A stretch of DNA of 64,000 bases from Terriglobia bacterium (lineage in GTDB: Bacteria; Acidobacteriota; Terriglobia; JAJPHL01; JAPKYU01): the NCBI GenBank assembly GCA_965218055.1, contig CBDCKA010000002.1, positions 745,619 through 809,618 of the forward strand, in the 5' to 3' direction. Under the pieces are notes generated by a model. The model had not been told where the DNA came from, searched no databases, and saw nothing but the letters and a program-made list of their open reading frames with translations. Of the stretch, positions 27,173 through 35,524 are shown piece by piece. The position numbers and the translations under genes were made by a program. How positions within the stretch are numbered: the first letter of the stretch is position 1; the number at the start of each line of letters is the position of its first letter.

Positions 27173-28875
27173 CAGCGCTGATCCGCCCTTGAAGAACCTG
27201 CCAAAACCCCCTTTCGTTCGTGGATGGAAACGACCCGATCGGCGGCCACGTTTTCAATGACTTGCTGGGTGCCGCTCGGCCAGGAGATTTCGATCCGCTC
27301 GGCCTGCGTTGCCGCGCCCAGGCCAAAATGCACGCGCAGGCCGTTGCTGGAGTAGTAGCTGGAGGCGCTCCGCACCTCGTCGGTCTGGGTTCTGCCCTGA
27401 GAGTGGAGCCGAATCCGGGCACCGATGGCGCTTCGATTCGAGCGCGCACCCTCCAAACGCAGAATCAGCCAATGGTTCTTGTCTCCGCCTTCATTGCGCA
27501 ATAACGAAGGCAAGTCGTTCATGTTGGCGATCACGATATCCAGGTCGCCGTCCCCATCCAGGTCCTCGAAGGCAGCTCCGCGGCTGGCCGTTTTCACCTG
27601 CATGGCGGCCCCGGCCCGGGCCGACAGGTCCTGGAACGTGCCGTTGCCCAAATTCCGAAAGACCTGCTTGGCCTGCCGATAGCTGATGCCAGACGAATGC
27701 CCGTCCACCTCTGGGTAAACGTGGCCGCTAACAACAAAGATGTCCTTCCAGCCGTCGTTGTCCAGGTCCACCAGTCCGACGCCCCAACTCAAGTACTGGG
27801 CGTTGTACCCCAATTTGGCCGAGAATGTAACGTCGGTGAAGGTTTCATCCTGGTTGTTCTGATAAAGCGTGTCTTCGGAAAAATTGGTCACCATCAGGTC
27901 CGGATACCCATCCCGGTTATAGTCACCGATGCCCACCCCCATGCAGCCCTGCTCTTTGCCGTCTTCGTCATAGGCAATGCCGGATTCGATGGCGATGTCA
28001 GCAAACGTCCCATCGCCGTTGTTCTTCAGCAGCACGTTGGGGGTTTGGTCGCAAGCCACGAAGATGTCCGGCCAGCCATCCAGGTTGAAATCCAACGTCA
28101 CCGGCATGAAGCAATAAAAGCCCTCAACCCCAGTGACGCCGGCTGCCGCAGAGACATCGGTGAAGGTACCGTCTCCGTTGTTGCGGTACAAGATGTTCTC
28201 TGCCCGTCCCAGCCCCAGGGGGCCGCACAGCACCGGCATTCCTAGCCAGATGCAGCCTGGCCGGGAGCCGGGCTCGAATCGCGCCGCGTCGCGAGCTTCC
28301 AGGTAATTGGCTACAAACACGTCCAGGTCACCGTCGCGGTTGAAGTCCACGAAGGTGCAGCCGGCGTTCCAGCGGCCCGTCGCCTGGATGCCGGCTTCCT
28401 CCGATACATCCGCAAAGGTGCCATCTCCCCGGTTTCGGTAGAGAGCGTTGCCGCCGTAGGAAGTCAGGAAAAGGTCCGTCCAGCCATCGTTGTCGTAATC
28501 GCCCACGCAAGCTGCCTGGCCCCACCCGGAGCGACCCAGGCCGGCGGCCTTGGTCACGTCCTCAAACTTGCCATCTCCCAGATTCCGGTAAAACCGGCTG
28601 CTCGGGGCTTGCTCCGGGGTCCATTCCAGGCGGGAGCCGTTGGCAAAAAAGATGTCCGGGCGACTGTCGCCATCGTAGTCAAAAACGGCCACCCCCGTGC
28701 CGCTTGTCTCCAGAACGTATTTCTGCCTGCCCACACCCCCATAGACAATTGGTTCGGAAAGGCCGGCGTTGGAGGCCACGTCGGTAAAGGAAATCCAGGT
28801 GTCGGGCCCCGGTCCCAGGGCAGCTAGAAGCGACAAGCCAGTGAAAGCTAGCAAGACAATCAACAGGAGGCGCAT
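27172..28875 (-). CDS. FG-GAP/VCBS repeat protein with a C-terminal ASPIC/UnbV domain (CRTAC1-like).
   Basis: Repeated DxDGDGxxD-type calcium-binding FG-GAP repeats. C-terminal NRSAIGARIRLHSQGRTQTDEVRSASSYYSSNGLRVHFGLG. Confidence 0.8.
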   Translation of the reverse strand: MRLLLIVLLAFTGLSLLAALGPGPDTWISFTDVASNAGLSEPIVYGGVGRQKYVLETSGTGVAVFDYDGDSRPDIFFANGSRLEWTPEQAPSSRFYRNLGDGKFEDVTKAAGLGRSGWGQAACVGDYDNDGWTDLFLTSYGGNALYRNRGDGTFADVSEEAGIQATGRWNAGCTFVDFNRDGDLDVFVANYLEARDAARFEPGSRPGCIWLGMPVLCGPLGLGRAENILYRNNGDGTFTDVSAAAGVTGVEGFYCFMPVTLDFNLDGWPDIFVACDQTPNVLLKNNGDGTFADIAIESGIAYDEDGKEQGCMGVGIGDYNRDGYPDLMVTNFSEDTLYQNNQDETFTDVTFSAKLGYNAQYLSWGVGLVDLDNDGWKDIFVVSGHVYPEVDGHSSGISYRQAKQVFRNLGNGTFQDLSARAGAAMQVKTASRGAAFEDLDGDGDLDIVIANMNDLPSLLRNEGGDKNHWLILRLEGARSNRSAIGARIRLHSQGRTQTDEVRSASSYYSSNGLRVHFGLGAATQAERIEISWPSGTQQVIENVAADRVVSIHERKGVLAGSSRADQR

Positions 28876-29559
28876 TCTGTACTCACTTTAGCATTCTATG
28901 CGGAACGAGGCCGTCGATTCCACCGGAGCAGCGAGACAAGGCAGATCGATACCTCGGCAAACGACGCTAGGTCGAGCAGTGCCAGATCATCTGGGTCTAC
29001 GCGTTCTAGAGGGCCGTCGTCAAGAAGACCCTGATTGCCGCAAAACGTGAGACTTGTCCATTCCGGGTGCCAGTTCCGGGCGGACACCACGACGTCTGGC
29101 GCGTGCACGAACCCCATCGACTTCCGGGAAGGCGTGAGCGGTGGTCGTCGTTTGAGGATGGTACGGCTCGCCTGTGGCTCTGGTGCCCCGGCTGCCAACG
29201 CAAGACTGCGAAGTTGTACTCCTTCTTTTCCCCTGGGTCGCTTCACCGTTCTGACCTCCGCTGTCGGCACTGCCATCACCTGACCTACTAGAGCGTCAAC
29301 TGCGGAGGCAATTGCTGGTGGCACGAAGTGGTCCCACCGATGCAGAGGCTGCGACGACGTAGACCCGCAGTGCCCCGGCCTTGGTTCAGTCGCGCCAAAA
29401 CACCAAAATTCTGGTTTACGAGGTGTCCCCTCCTGATACGTATCCCAGTCTCACGCAGGAGCCTCGAAGGAAGTAGTATGAAGTAGTATATTGAGCTGAA
29501 GCCTATGCCGCAGCAGAGTAGCGGTTCGCCAGGCTTAACCTGGCAGTAGCGGAGGAATT

Positions 29560-30657
29560 ATGCCGAAGCGTGGACTTCTGGTTTTGTTGGCCGTGCTGGC
29601 CTGGTCGGAGGGTTTTTGCGTTCCCGCGCGTGCCCAGGCCCAGTTCGGCGCCATAACAGGCAAGGTGGTCGGGGAAGATGGCCAGCCCGTCGTTGGCGCC
29701 GAGATCGTGATTGAGGGAACCGAGATGAAGGCGAATTACAAGGTCAAGACGGACAAGAAGGGCCATTATTACCGTCGCGGCCTTAACATACAGAATGCTT
29801 ACAACGTGACCCTGCTGATAGATGGGCTGAAAAAGACCTATGCGAATGGAGTAAGGATAAAAAGGGGGGAGGAAGTTATTGACTTCGACTTGAAGGCGCA
29901 CCGCGAACGCGCGCAGGCTGAGCGGGCAGGCCTCCAGGTGGGCCCGGGCGGGAGGCTCACCAAGGAACAGCGCCGAGAAGTCCAGCAGCAACTGGACAAG
30001 GAGAAGATCGAGCAGGACAAGATCCTGAAGCTCAATCAGCTCTTTGCTGATGGCGTGGGAGCAATGAGGGCCCGCAATTATGACCAGGCCATTGCCCAGT
30101 TGGAAAAAGCTGCGCAGTTGGGCCCCGAACAGCACGCCGTGTTTGCGAATCTCGGGGACGCCTACATGAAAGCGGGCAGAAGCAAGCGCGGTTCCGACGC
30201 CCAGGCCTTGTACGAAAAGGCGATTGAGGCCCACGAGAAGGCCGTTGCCTTGAGTCCGGACGATCATACGCATCGCGTCCGATTAGGAATGGCCCTGGCT
30301 TATGCGGGTGAATTTCGGCGAGCTGAGGAGGAACTGAGCAGGTGCGTTGCGCTCGACCCGGCCAACGGGGGCAAGTACTTGTACAACCTGGGCGCGCTGC
30401 TGATCAACGATGGCCGGAGAGAAGAGGCCATCAAAGCCTTCCGCAAGGCTACCGAGCTTGACCCCAGCTACCCGATGGCCTGGTTTCAGCTTGGCGTGGC
30501 ATTGAGCGCCGAAGCCAAGGTGGATGAGAAGACCGGCAAGTCCATCCCACCCCCCGGCACGGTGGAAGCGTTGCAAAAGTACTTGGAATTGGAGCCTGAC
30601 GGGCGTTTCGCGGCAGCCGCCAAATCCCTGATAGACGTTGCCACCCGGAGTCGATAG
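29560..30657 (+). CDS. Secreted TPR-repeat protein with an N-terminal carboxypeptidase-regulatory-like Ig domain.
   Basis: Signal peptide, ITGKVVGEDGQPVVGAEIVIEG, then TPR units. A GGAGG ribosome-binding site is present. Confidence 0.7.
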   Translation: MPKRGLLVLLAVLAWSEGFCVPARAQAQFGAITGKVVGEDGQPVVGAEIVIEGTEMKANYKVKTDKKGHYYRRGLNIQNAYNVTLLIDGLKKTYANGVRIKRGEEVIDFDLKAHRERAQAERAGLQVGPGGRLTKEQRREVQQQLDKEKIEQDKILKLNQLFADGVGAMRARNYDQAIAQLEKAAQLGPEQHAVFANLGDAYMKAGRSKRGSDAQALYEKAIEAHEKAVALSPDDHTHRVRLGMALAYAGEFRRAEEELSRCVALDPANGGKYLYNLGALLINDGRREEAIKAFRKATELDPSYPMAWFQLGVALSAEAKVDEKTGKSIPPPGTVEALQKYLELEPDGRFAAAAKSLIDVATRSR

Positions 30658-30684
30658 GGAAAGTCCAGAAACCCACATCAGCAG

Positions 30685-30930
30685 CTAATTCGCTACAAAT
30701 CCGCGCGCGATTCGCGGAACAGACTTCGCACCCGGCACGCGTGCGTCTTCTGCAAGTGAGAATGTGGCCCTCCAACAAGCTTCAAGCACGGCCCGCACAC
30801 GCAGCATCAGTGGCAGTACTCGGCGGGCTGATGGTGTTTTTCCGTGGGGAACCAGGATGGAACCGTAGCGCCCACTGGCGAGGTTCACATACTCGCATCG
30901 TACTCGGAAACATTCCTCTGGACGGAGACC
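30685..30930 (-). pseudogene. Tyrosine recombinase (phage-integrase family) catalytic-domain fragment. It is truncated and lacks the HxxR and Tyr regions.
   Basis: RPEECFRVRCEYVNLASGRYGSILVPHGKTPSARRVLPL fits the integrase pattern R-x-(S/E)E-x(4)-L-x-W-x-D-(I/V)-D-x(n)-GKG-x-K-x-R-x-V-P-L. Confidence 0.4.
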
Positions 30931-30965
30931 GCTGTCAATCAGGGACAGTGGCAACAGACAGCAAC

Positions 30966-31085
30966 GGTTCGGATACCGCCAGATATTGACCAGACCGATT
31001 GTTTCTTCTTGGCTTGGTGAGGTACAAACTTGTTGTGGAAAGTGTAAACCGGATTCAGTATGTGGAGCGCGTAGGAATGGGGGTT
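30966..31085 (-). mobile_element. Short remnant of an IS3-family right end (copy C). It shares TGACCAGACCGATT...GTGTAAACCGG with the copies at 41320 and 63464.
   Basis: Direct sequence similarity to the two other loci. It abuts or overlaps the 3' end of the FG-GAP gene. Confidence 0.4.
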
Positions 31086-33647
31086 TCACCTTGTGGGGTG
31101 CGCCCGGCTCTCTTCTCCCAATGAGAAGGCGGGCCGCTCCAGTGCCGTGAATGTTTTCTCCGACTCCTTGATTTCCAGGAACTGGTTTACCCCAACGTTA
31201 CGGAACACCTGCCGCGTGTCGCTGGTGGGCCACCAGATTTCCAGGGTTTCGATCCGGGCCGCCTTGCCCAGCCCGATGTGCTGCTCAAGAGGGGAGGCGC
31301 CAAACGACCCGCCACTGCCGACGACGCGATGAATGAAGTGGCGCCCACGGTCGCCCGTCTGCACGGCAAGCTTGACGCGGGCACCAATGGCCCCGCGGTT
31401 CGTTTTCACCCCCACCAGCCGCAGACTGATCCAGTTATTGCCGTGCCCGGGGTTTCTGAAGAGTAAGTTTCCGTGCCTGTCGCCCGGCACGGCGCCGCCC
31501 ATCTCAATAAAAATGTCTTGATCGCCGTCGTTGTCGATGTCGGCGAAGGCCACCCCGTGCCCCTTATGAAGATCGCCGGTCCCCGACGACGCGGTGACAT
31601 CCACGAAATACTTCCCGTCGTGATTCCTGAACAACACGTTTGGAGCGAGCGCTCCGTAAGAAGGAGTGCCGGTCCCCAAGTAGAAATCGAGAAATCCGTC
31701 ATTGTCCAGATCGCCGAAATTGGATCCCATGGGCTGAAACATGCGGTCTAGCCCAACACTTTTGGTCACGTCCTGGAAGCCTGACCCCGTGTTCCTGTAG
31801 AGCTTGAGCGTCTCGACCCCCACCGGCAATTCCAAGTAACTGCGTATGATGTCCATGATCGAGCTATAGTAACTGGAAACGAACAGGTCCAGCCAGCCGT
31901 CGTTGTCATAGTCGAAGAACCAGGCCGGGAAGCTGTAAATGGGGTGTTGCACTCCCAAGGGTTTGGCCATGTCGGTAAACGTAAGGTCGCGGTTGTTGTG
32001 GTAGAGGAAGTTTTCCGCAGACAGGTTTGAGAGATAGAAGTCCGGGTAGCCATCGTTGTCGTAGTCGCCCGCAACGACGGCTTTGGTGAACATGACCCGG
32101 TCCACGCCGGCGGCAGGCGCAATGTCCACGAAGGTCCCGTCTCCCTGGTTGAGGAAGAGCTGGCTGGGAGAGCGCTCGTTGCCCACGAATAGGTCCAGGT
32201 CGCCGTCCCGATCAATGTCAGCCCAGGCGGCAGTTTGCGTGGATGTGGCGGGCACCGCCAGCCCACTCTGGCGCGTCACGTCGGTGAAGGTTCCGTCGCA
32301 GTTGTTGCGCAGCAGCGAGTTGCGCATGGGCAGTACCCATGCGCCCCGGAGCACCAGAATATCCAGGCAACCGTCATTATCGTAGTCGGCGTGGACCATG
32401 TTCAGCCCGCCGAGCTGATTGGCCAGCCCGGCCTGCCCGGTTCGGTCGGTGAAGGTTCCGGTCCCGCTGTTGTGCAGGTAGCGCATCGGCGCGCAAGGGT
32501 CCATTGCGCTGGTCACAATGTCCAGCAGTCCGTCATTGTCCAGGTCATCCACAATCGCTCCGCCGGCCGTGTTGAAGGTGTCGGCTCCCACCAGAGGGGC
32601 TACGTCCACAAAGCGGCCCACATCCTCCTTGGACTCAAAGGGCGCGAGAGGAACCAGGTGTTGCTTGGGAACAGCGTCGGGGTACCTGCCCAGGGCCATC
32701 GAGGCAAGGTTCAGTAACCACCGCACCTCCAGGTCTTCCGGCTTCTGCTCCAGGAACTTGAGAAAATGCCGGATGGCGGCCTCCCAATTGGCGATCCGCT
32801 TCGGCTGCACCCCGCCAGGCATAGGAAACATGCAGGTCTTGGCACGAGCGCTGGGTACCAGGTTCTCCACCTCTGCCAATCGCAGGTGGGCAATCCCCAG
32901 CTTCTCCTCCAGTTCCAGCAGCAGCACCTGCTTGTCGCCGCGGGCGACAGCCTGTTTGTATGCCGCTTGAAGATACTTGACCGCCCGATCTAATTCCCCC
33001 TGGTAGGCCCAAAGCTGAGCCAGGGTGTGATAGGCAGCCAAGAGCCTACCGTCGCCCCCCTGCCCTGCGCTCTCGTTCTTGGCTGCTGCCAAATAGCTTT
33101 CCAACTCTTCAAATCCGCCACGAACCGCCGTAACCTGGACCGCGCAGACAGTTTGTAAATTCTGTTCCCAGCCGGCTGGCTTCTGGATGCGGCGAAACAG
33201 GTCTCTTGCTTCTTCACCTCCAGCGACGTCGGTGGTCAGTCGGCCCTCGACTCTCAGGCTCATGTAGCCAACTCTCTCTGCTTCCTCAAGCACCTTCAGG
33301 ATCATGTAGCCGGCCGGCGTTTGGACAACCCCGGACACCTGTCCCGCAGGCAGCCCCTTCAACGCCTCTCGAATTTCGGGGCGTAGATCCGACAGCTTCA
33401 CCTTCCCCAGATAGCCGCCCTCTGGCCCAGTGGAATCGATCGAGTGCTTCTTCGCCAACTCGGCAAAGTCCTCCCCGCGCTGGAGACTCGCCAGAACCTT
33501 TCGCGCCTCTTCGGACGTGCGCAGCAGAATCATCCGAACGTCAACCTCGAGAGGCTGCTCCTGCTCGCTCGCCCAGAAGACGGACCCGATCAACAGGAAA
33601 GGGATGCCCAGCACGACCATGGCCGGGTACAGCTTGATTCCTTTCAT
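31086..33647 (-). CDS. Fusion protein: N-terminal PpiC/parvulin-type PPIase domain, then a TPR-like region, FG-GAP repeats and a C-terminal ASPIC/UnbV domain.
   Basis: Parvulin-like EGGYLGKVKLSDLRPEIREAL...AGYMILKVLE. FG-GAP DxDxDGxxD repeats. C-terminal NRGAIGARVKLAV...GSGGSFGASPLEQHIGLG. Confidence 0.75.
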   Translation of the reverse strand: MKGIKLYPAMVVLGIPFLLIGSVFWASEQEQPLEVDVRMILLRTSEEARKVLASLQRGEDFAELAKKHSIDSTGPEGGYLGKVKLSDLRPEIREALKGLPAGQVSGVVQTPAGYMILKVLEEAERVGYMSLRVEGRLTTDVAGGEEARDLFRRIQKPAGWEQNLQTVCAVQVTAVRGGFEELESYLAAAKNESAGQGGDGRLLAAYHTLAQLWAYQGELDRAVKYLQAAYKQAVARGDKQVLLLELEEKLGIAHLRLAEVENLVPSARAKTCMFPMPGGVQPKRIANWEAAIRHFLKFLEQKPEDLEVRWLLNLASMALGRYPDAVPKQHLVPLAPFESKEDVGRFVDVAPLVGADTFNTAGGAIVDDLDNDGLLDIVTSAMDPCAPMRYLHNSGTGTFTDRTGQAGLANQLGGLNMVHADYDNDGCLDILVLRGAWVLPMRNSLLRNNCDGTFTDVTRQSGLAVPATSTQTAAWADIDRDGDLDLFVGNERSPSQLFLNQGDGTFVDIAPAAGVDRVMFTKAVVAGDYDNDGYPDFYLSNLSAENFLYHNNRDLTFTDMAKPLGVQHPIYSFPAWFFDYDNDGWLDLFVSSYYSSIMDIIRSYLELPVGVETLKLYRNTGSGFQDVTKSVGLDRMFQPMGSNFGDLDNDGFLDFYLGTGTPSYGALAPNVLFRNHDGKYFVDVTASSGTGDLHKGHGVAFADIDNDGDQDIFIEMGGAVPGDRHGNLLFRNPGHGNNWISLRLVGVKTNRGAIGARVKLAVQTGDRGRHFIHRVVGSGGSFGASPLEQHIGLGKAARIETLEIWWPTSDTRQVFRNVGVNQFLEIKESEKTFTALERPAFSLGEESRAHPTR

Positions 33648-34014
33648 GATATACGCGCCATTATAGCTCTAAACACGACCGCCGTCTCCGCACTCCGCAC
33701 TTGTTGACAAAGACGCGGACGATCCTACGGATCGCCCGCAGAAACGCGGCAAATCCAGCGGATTCCCCCGGAAAGCGGTCTGATGGAGAGGGCCTTCTCC
33801 CAGCGGCAGAGGCAGAGAGGCGTGAGGCAGTTCCTCCGACGCAATAGTATTCCTCGGCAGGGTCTGTCGAGCTGACGAGAAATGTTGCTTGCGGGCGAAA
33901 GTGGTGATGGTCCCTACAATTTTCCTTACGGTGCGGTACCATCAAGACCCTCGCGTGCCCCGCGAGGCGGAAGCCTCGCATGCGCGGTATGATGGTGGTG
34001 ATGTGCGATAAATC

Positions 34015-35136
34015 TTGCTCAGGAGAGGATCCGTGAACCGAAGAGAATTCCTAGAAATCAGCGGTTTGGGTGCCGGGGTTGTCGGAAGACCCACCGCGTC
34101 ACAGCAGGTTGCGAGAAACTCTCCTCCGAAAAAGGCCCTTATGAAGGTCGGCACGCAGCGTGGCGACTCCGACCGGCCTCCCACCCTCCACATGCTCGCC
34201 GCCTTGGGGGTTCATCACATCTGCAGTTCCCTGCCCTCCCGGCGGTTTGACGGGAACTGGTCGGTGGAGGGGCTGCTAAAGCTGAGGGAGCGCGTCGAAT
34301 CTTTCGGGATCCAACTCGACATAGTGCCCCTGCCGTTGAGTTCCCACTACATCACCCGGGCGGAAAATCCCCATATCATGCTGGGCAAGAGCCCGGAGCG
34401 GGACCGTGAGATCGACCACATCTGCCAGATGATCCGCAACTGCGCCCGGGCCAGCATTCCCGCTGTGAAGTACAACCTGACCATCCTCGGCGTGGTGAGA
34501 ACGCAGCGCACGGCCGGCCGTGGCGGCTCCAGCTATAGCACCTTCGTCTATGAAAAAGCACAACAGGAGCCGCCACTGACCGAAGCCGGTCCGGTGAGCG
34601 CGGACGAAATGTGGGAACGCATCACCTATTTTTTGCAGCGCGTCGTTCCGGTGGCCGAGGAATACAAAATACGAATGGCCTGCCACCCCCACGACCCGGC
34701 TATGCCTCGGGACACAGGGTTTCGCGGTGTCCGGCGGGTGCTCGGCACCGTGGAAGGCCTGAAGCGGCTCGTTGAGATCCAGCCCAGCCAATACCACGGA
34801 CTGAACTTCTGCCAGGGCACCGTGTCGGAGATGCTGGAAAATCCCGGCACGGAAATTTTCGACGTGATCCGTTACTTTGGGAGCCGTGGCAAGATCTTCA
34901 ATGTGCACTTCCGGAATATTCGCGGCCGCTTCTTGAATTTCCAGGAGAGTTTCATTGACAACGGAGATGTGGACATGCTCCAGGCGATGCGGGTGTACAA
35001 AGAGGTTGGCTACGACGGGATGATCATGCCGGATCACGTTCCCCCAATCCCCGGAGACACAAAAGGTCTCCAGGGCTATGCCTACACCTTCGGCTACATC
35101 AAAGCCCTCATCCGCGCCGTGGAGGCAAAAGGATAA
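34015..35136 (+). CDS. Mannonate-dehydratase (UxuA)-like TIM-barrel protein with a twin-arginine signal. The start is probably GTG 34033.
   Basis: [16 protein letters not shown] Tat motif. ACHPHDPA resembles the UxuA ACHPDDPP motif. Confidence 0.7.
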   Translation: MLRRGSVNRREFLEISGLGAGVVGRPTASQQVARNSPPKKALMKVGTQRGDSDRPPTLHMLAALGVHHICSSLPSRRFDGNWSVEGLLKLRERVESFGIQLDIVPLPLSSHYITRAENPHIMLGKSPERDREIDHICQMIRNCARASIPAVKYNLTILGVVRTQRTAGRGGSSYSTFVYEKAQQEPPLTEAGPVSADEMWERITYFLQRVVPVAEEYKIRMACHPHDPAMPRDTGFRGVRRVLGTVEGLKRLVEIQPSQYHGLNFCQGTVSEMLENPGTEIFDVIRYFGSRGKIFNVHFRNIRGRFLNFQESFIDNGDVDMLQAMRVYKEVGYDGMIMPDHVPPIPGDTKGLQGYAYTFGYIKALIRAVEAKG

Positions 35137-35524
35137 CCGCGCCGGCCCGAGCGGCCCAGGTACGAGGTAGCGGAACAGAGCAGTGACCCCGAGAGTTTTC
35201 CCGGTGGGCCGGTTTCTACGGGTTTCTAATGGTCGGGGGCCAGAGCCGAGCGGGCTCTGGCATCCAAAGCGCAGGCCGTGGTTGCGCGAACCGACGACGG
35301 GAGGCAGCCGCGCTGGGCCGCGTCCACCGCGGTTGCCTCCCCGTTATGCAGCAGGGTCTTGACGAAGAACCTGCGGGAATTGGGGACCGGCTCGCCCAGC
35401 TCCGCGTGCAGGTTCTGGCACCCGACCAATTGTTTCAGTTTGGGTTTTCCCGGCGGATGTTCAAGAATATCAATACGACCGAGGATTGGGAGGAAGTGCA
35501 ACGCGAATCGGAGAGAGAAAGTAA

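Noticed and set aside
28896-29324. 142-aa minus-strand ORF in the 680-bp gap between the FG-GAP gene and the TPR gene.
   Set aside because: No motifs and poor start context. Overlapping alternative ORFs sit on both strands. It is probably non-coding or a decayed remnant. A direct repeat gaagtagtat x2 near 29465 was also noted but is too short to interpret.
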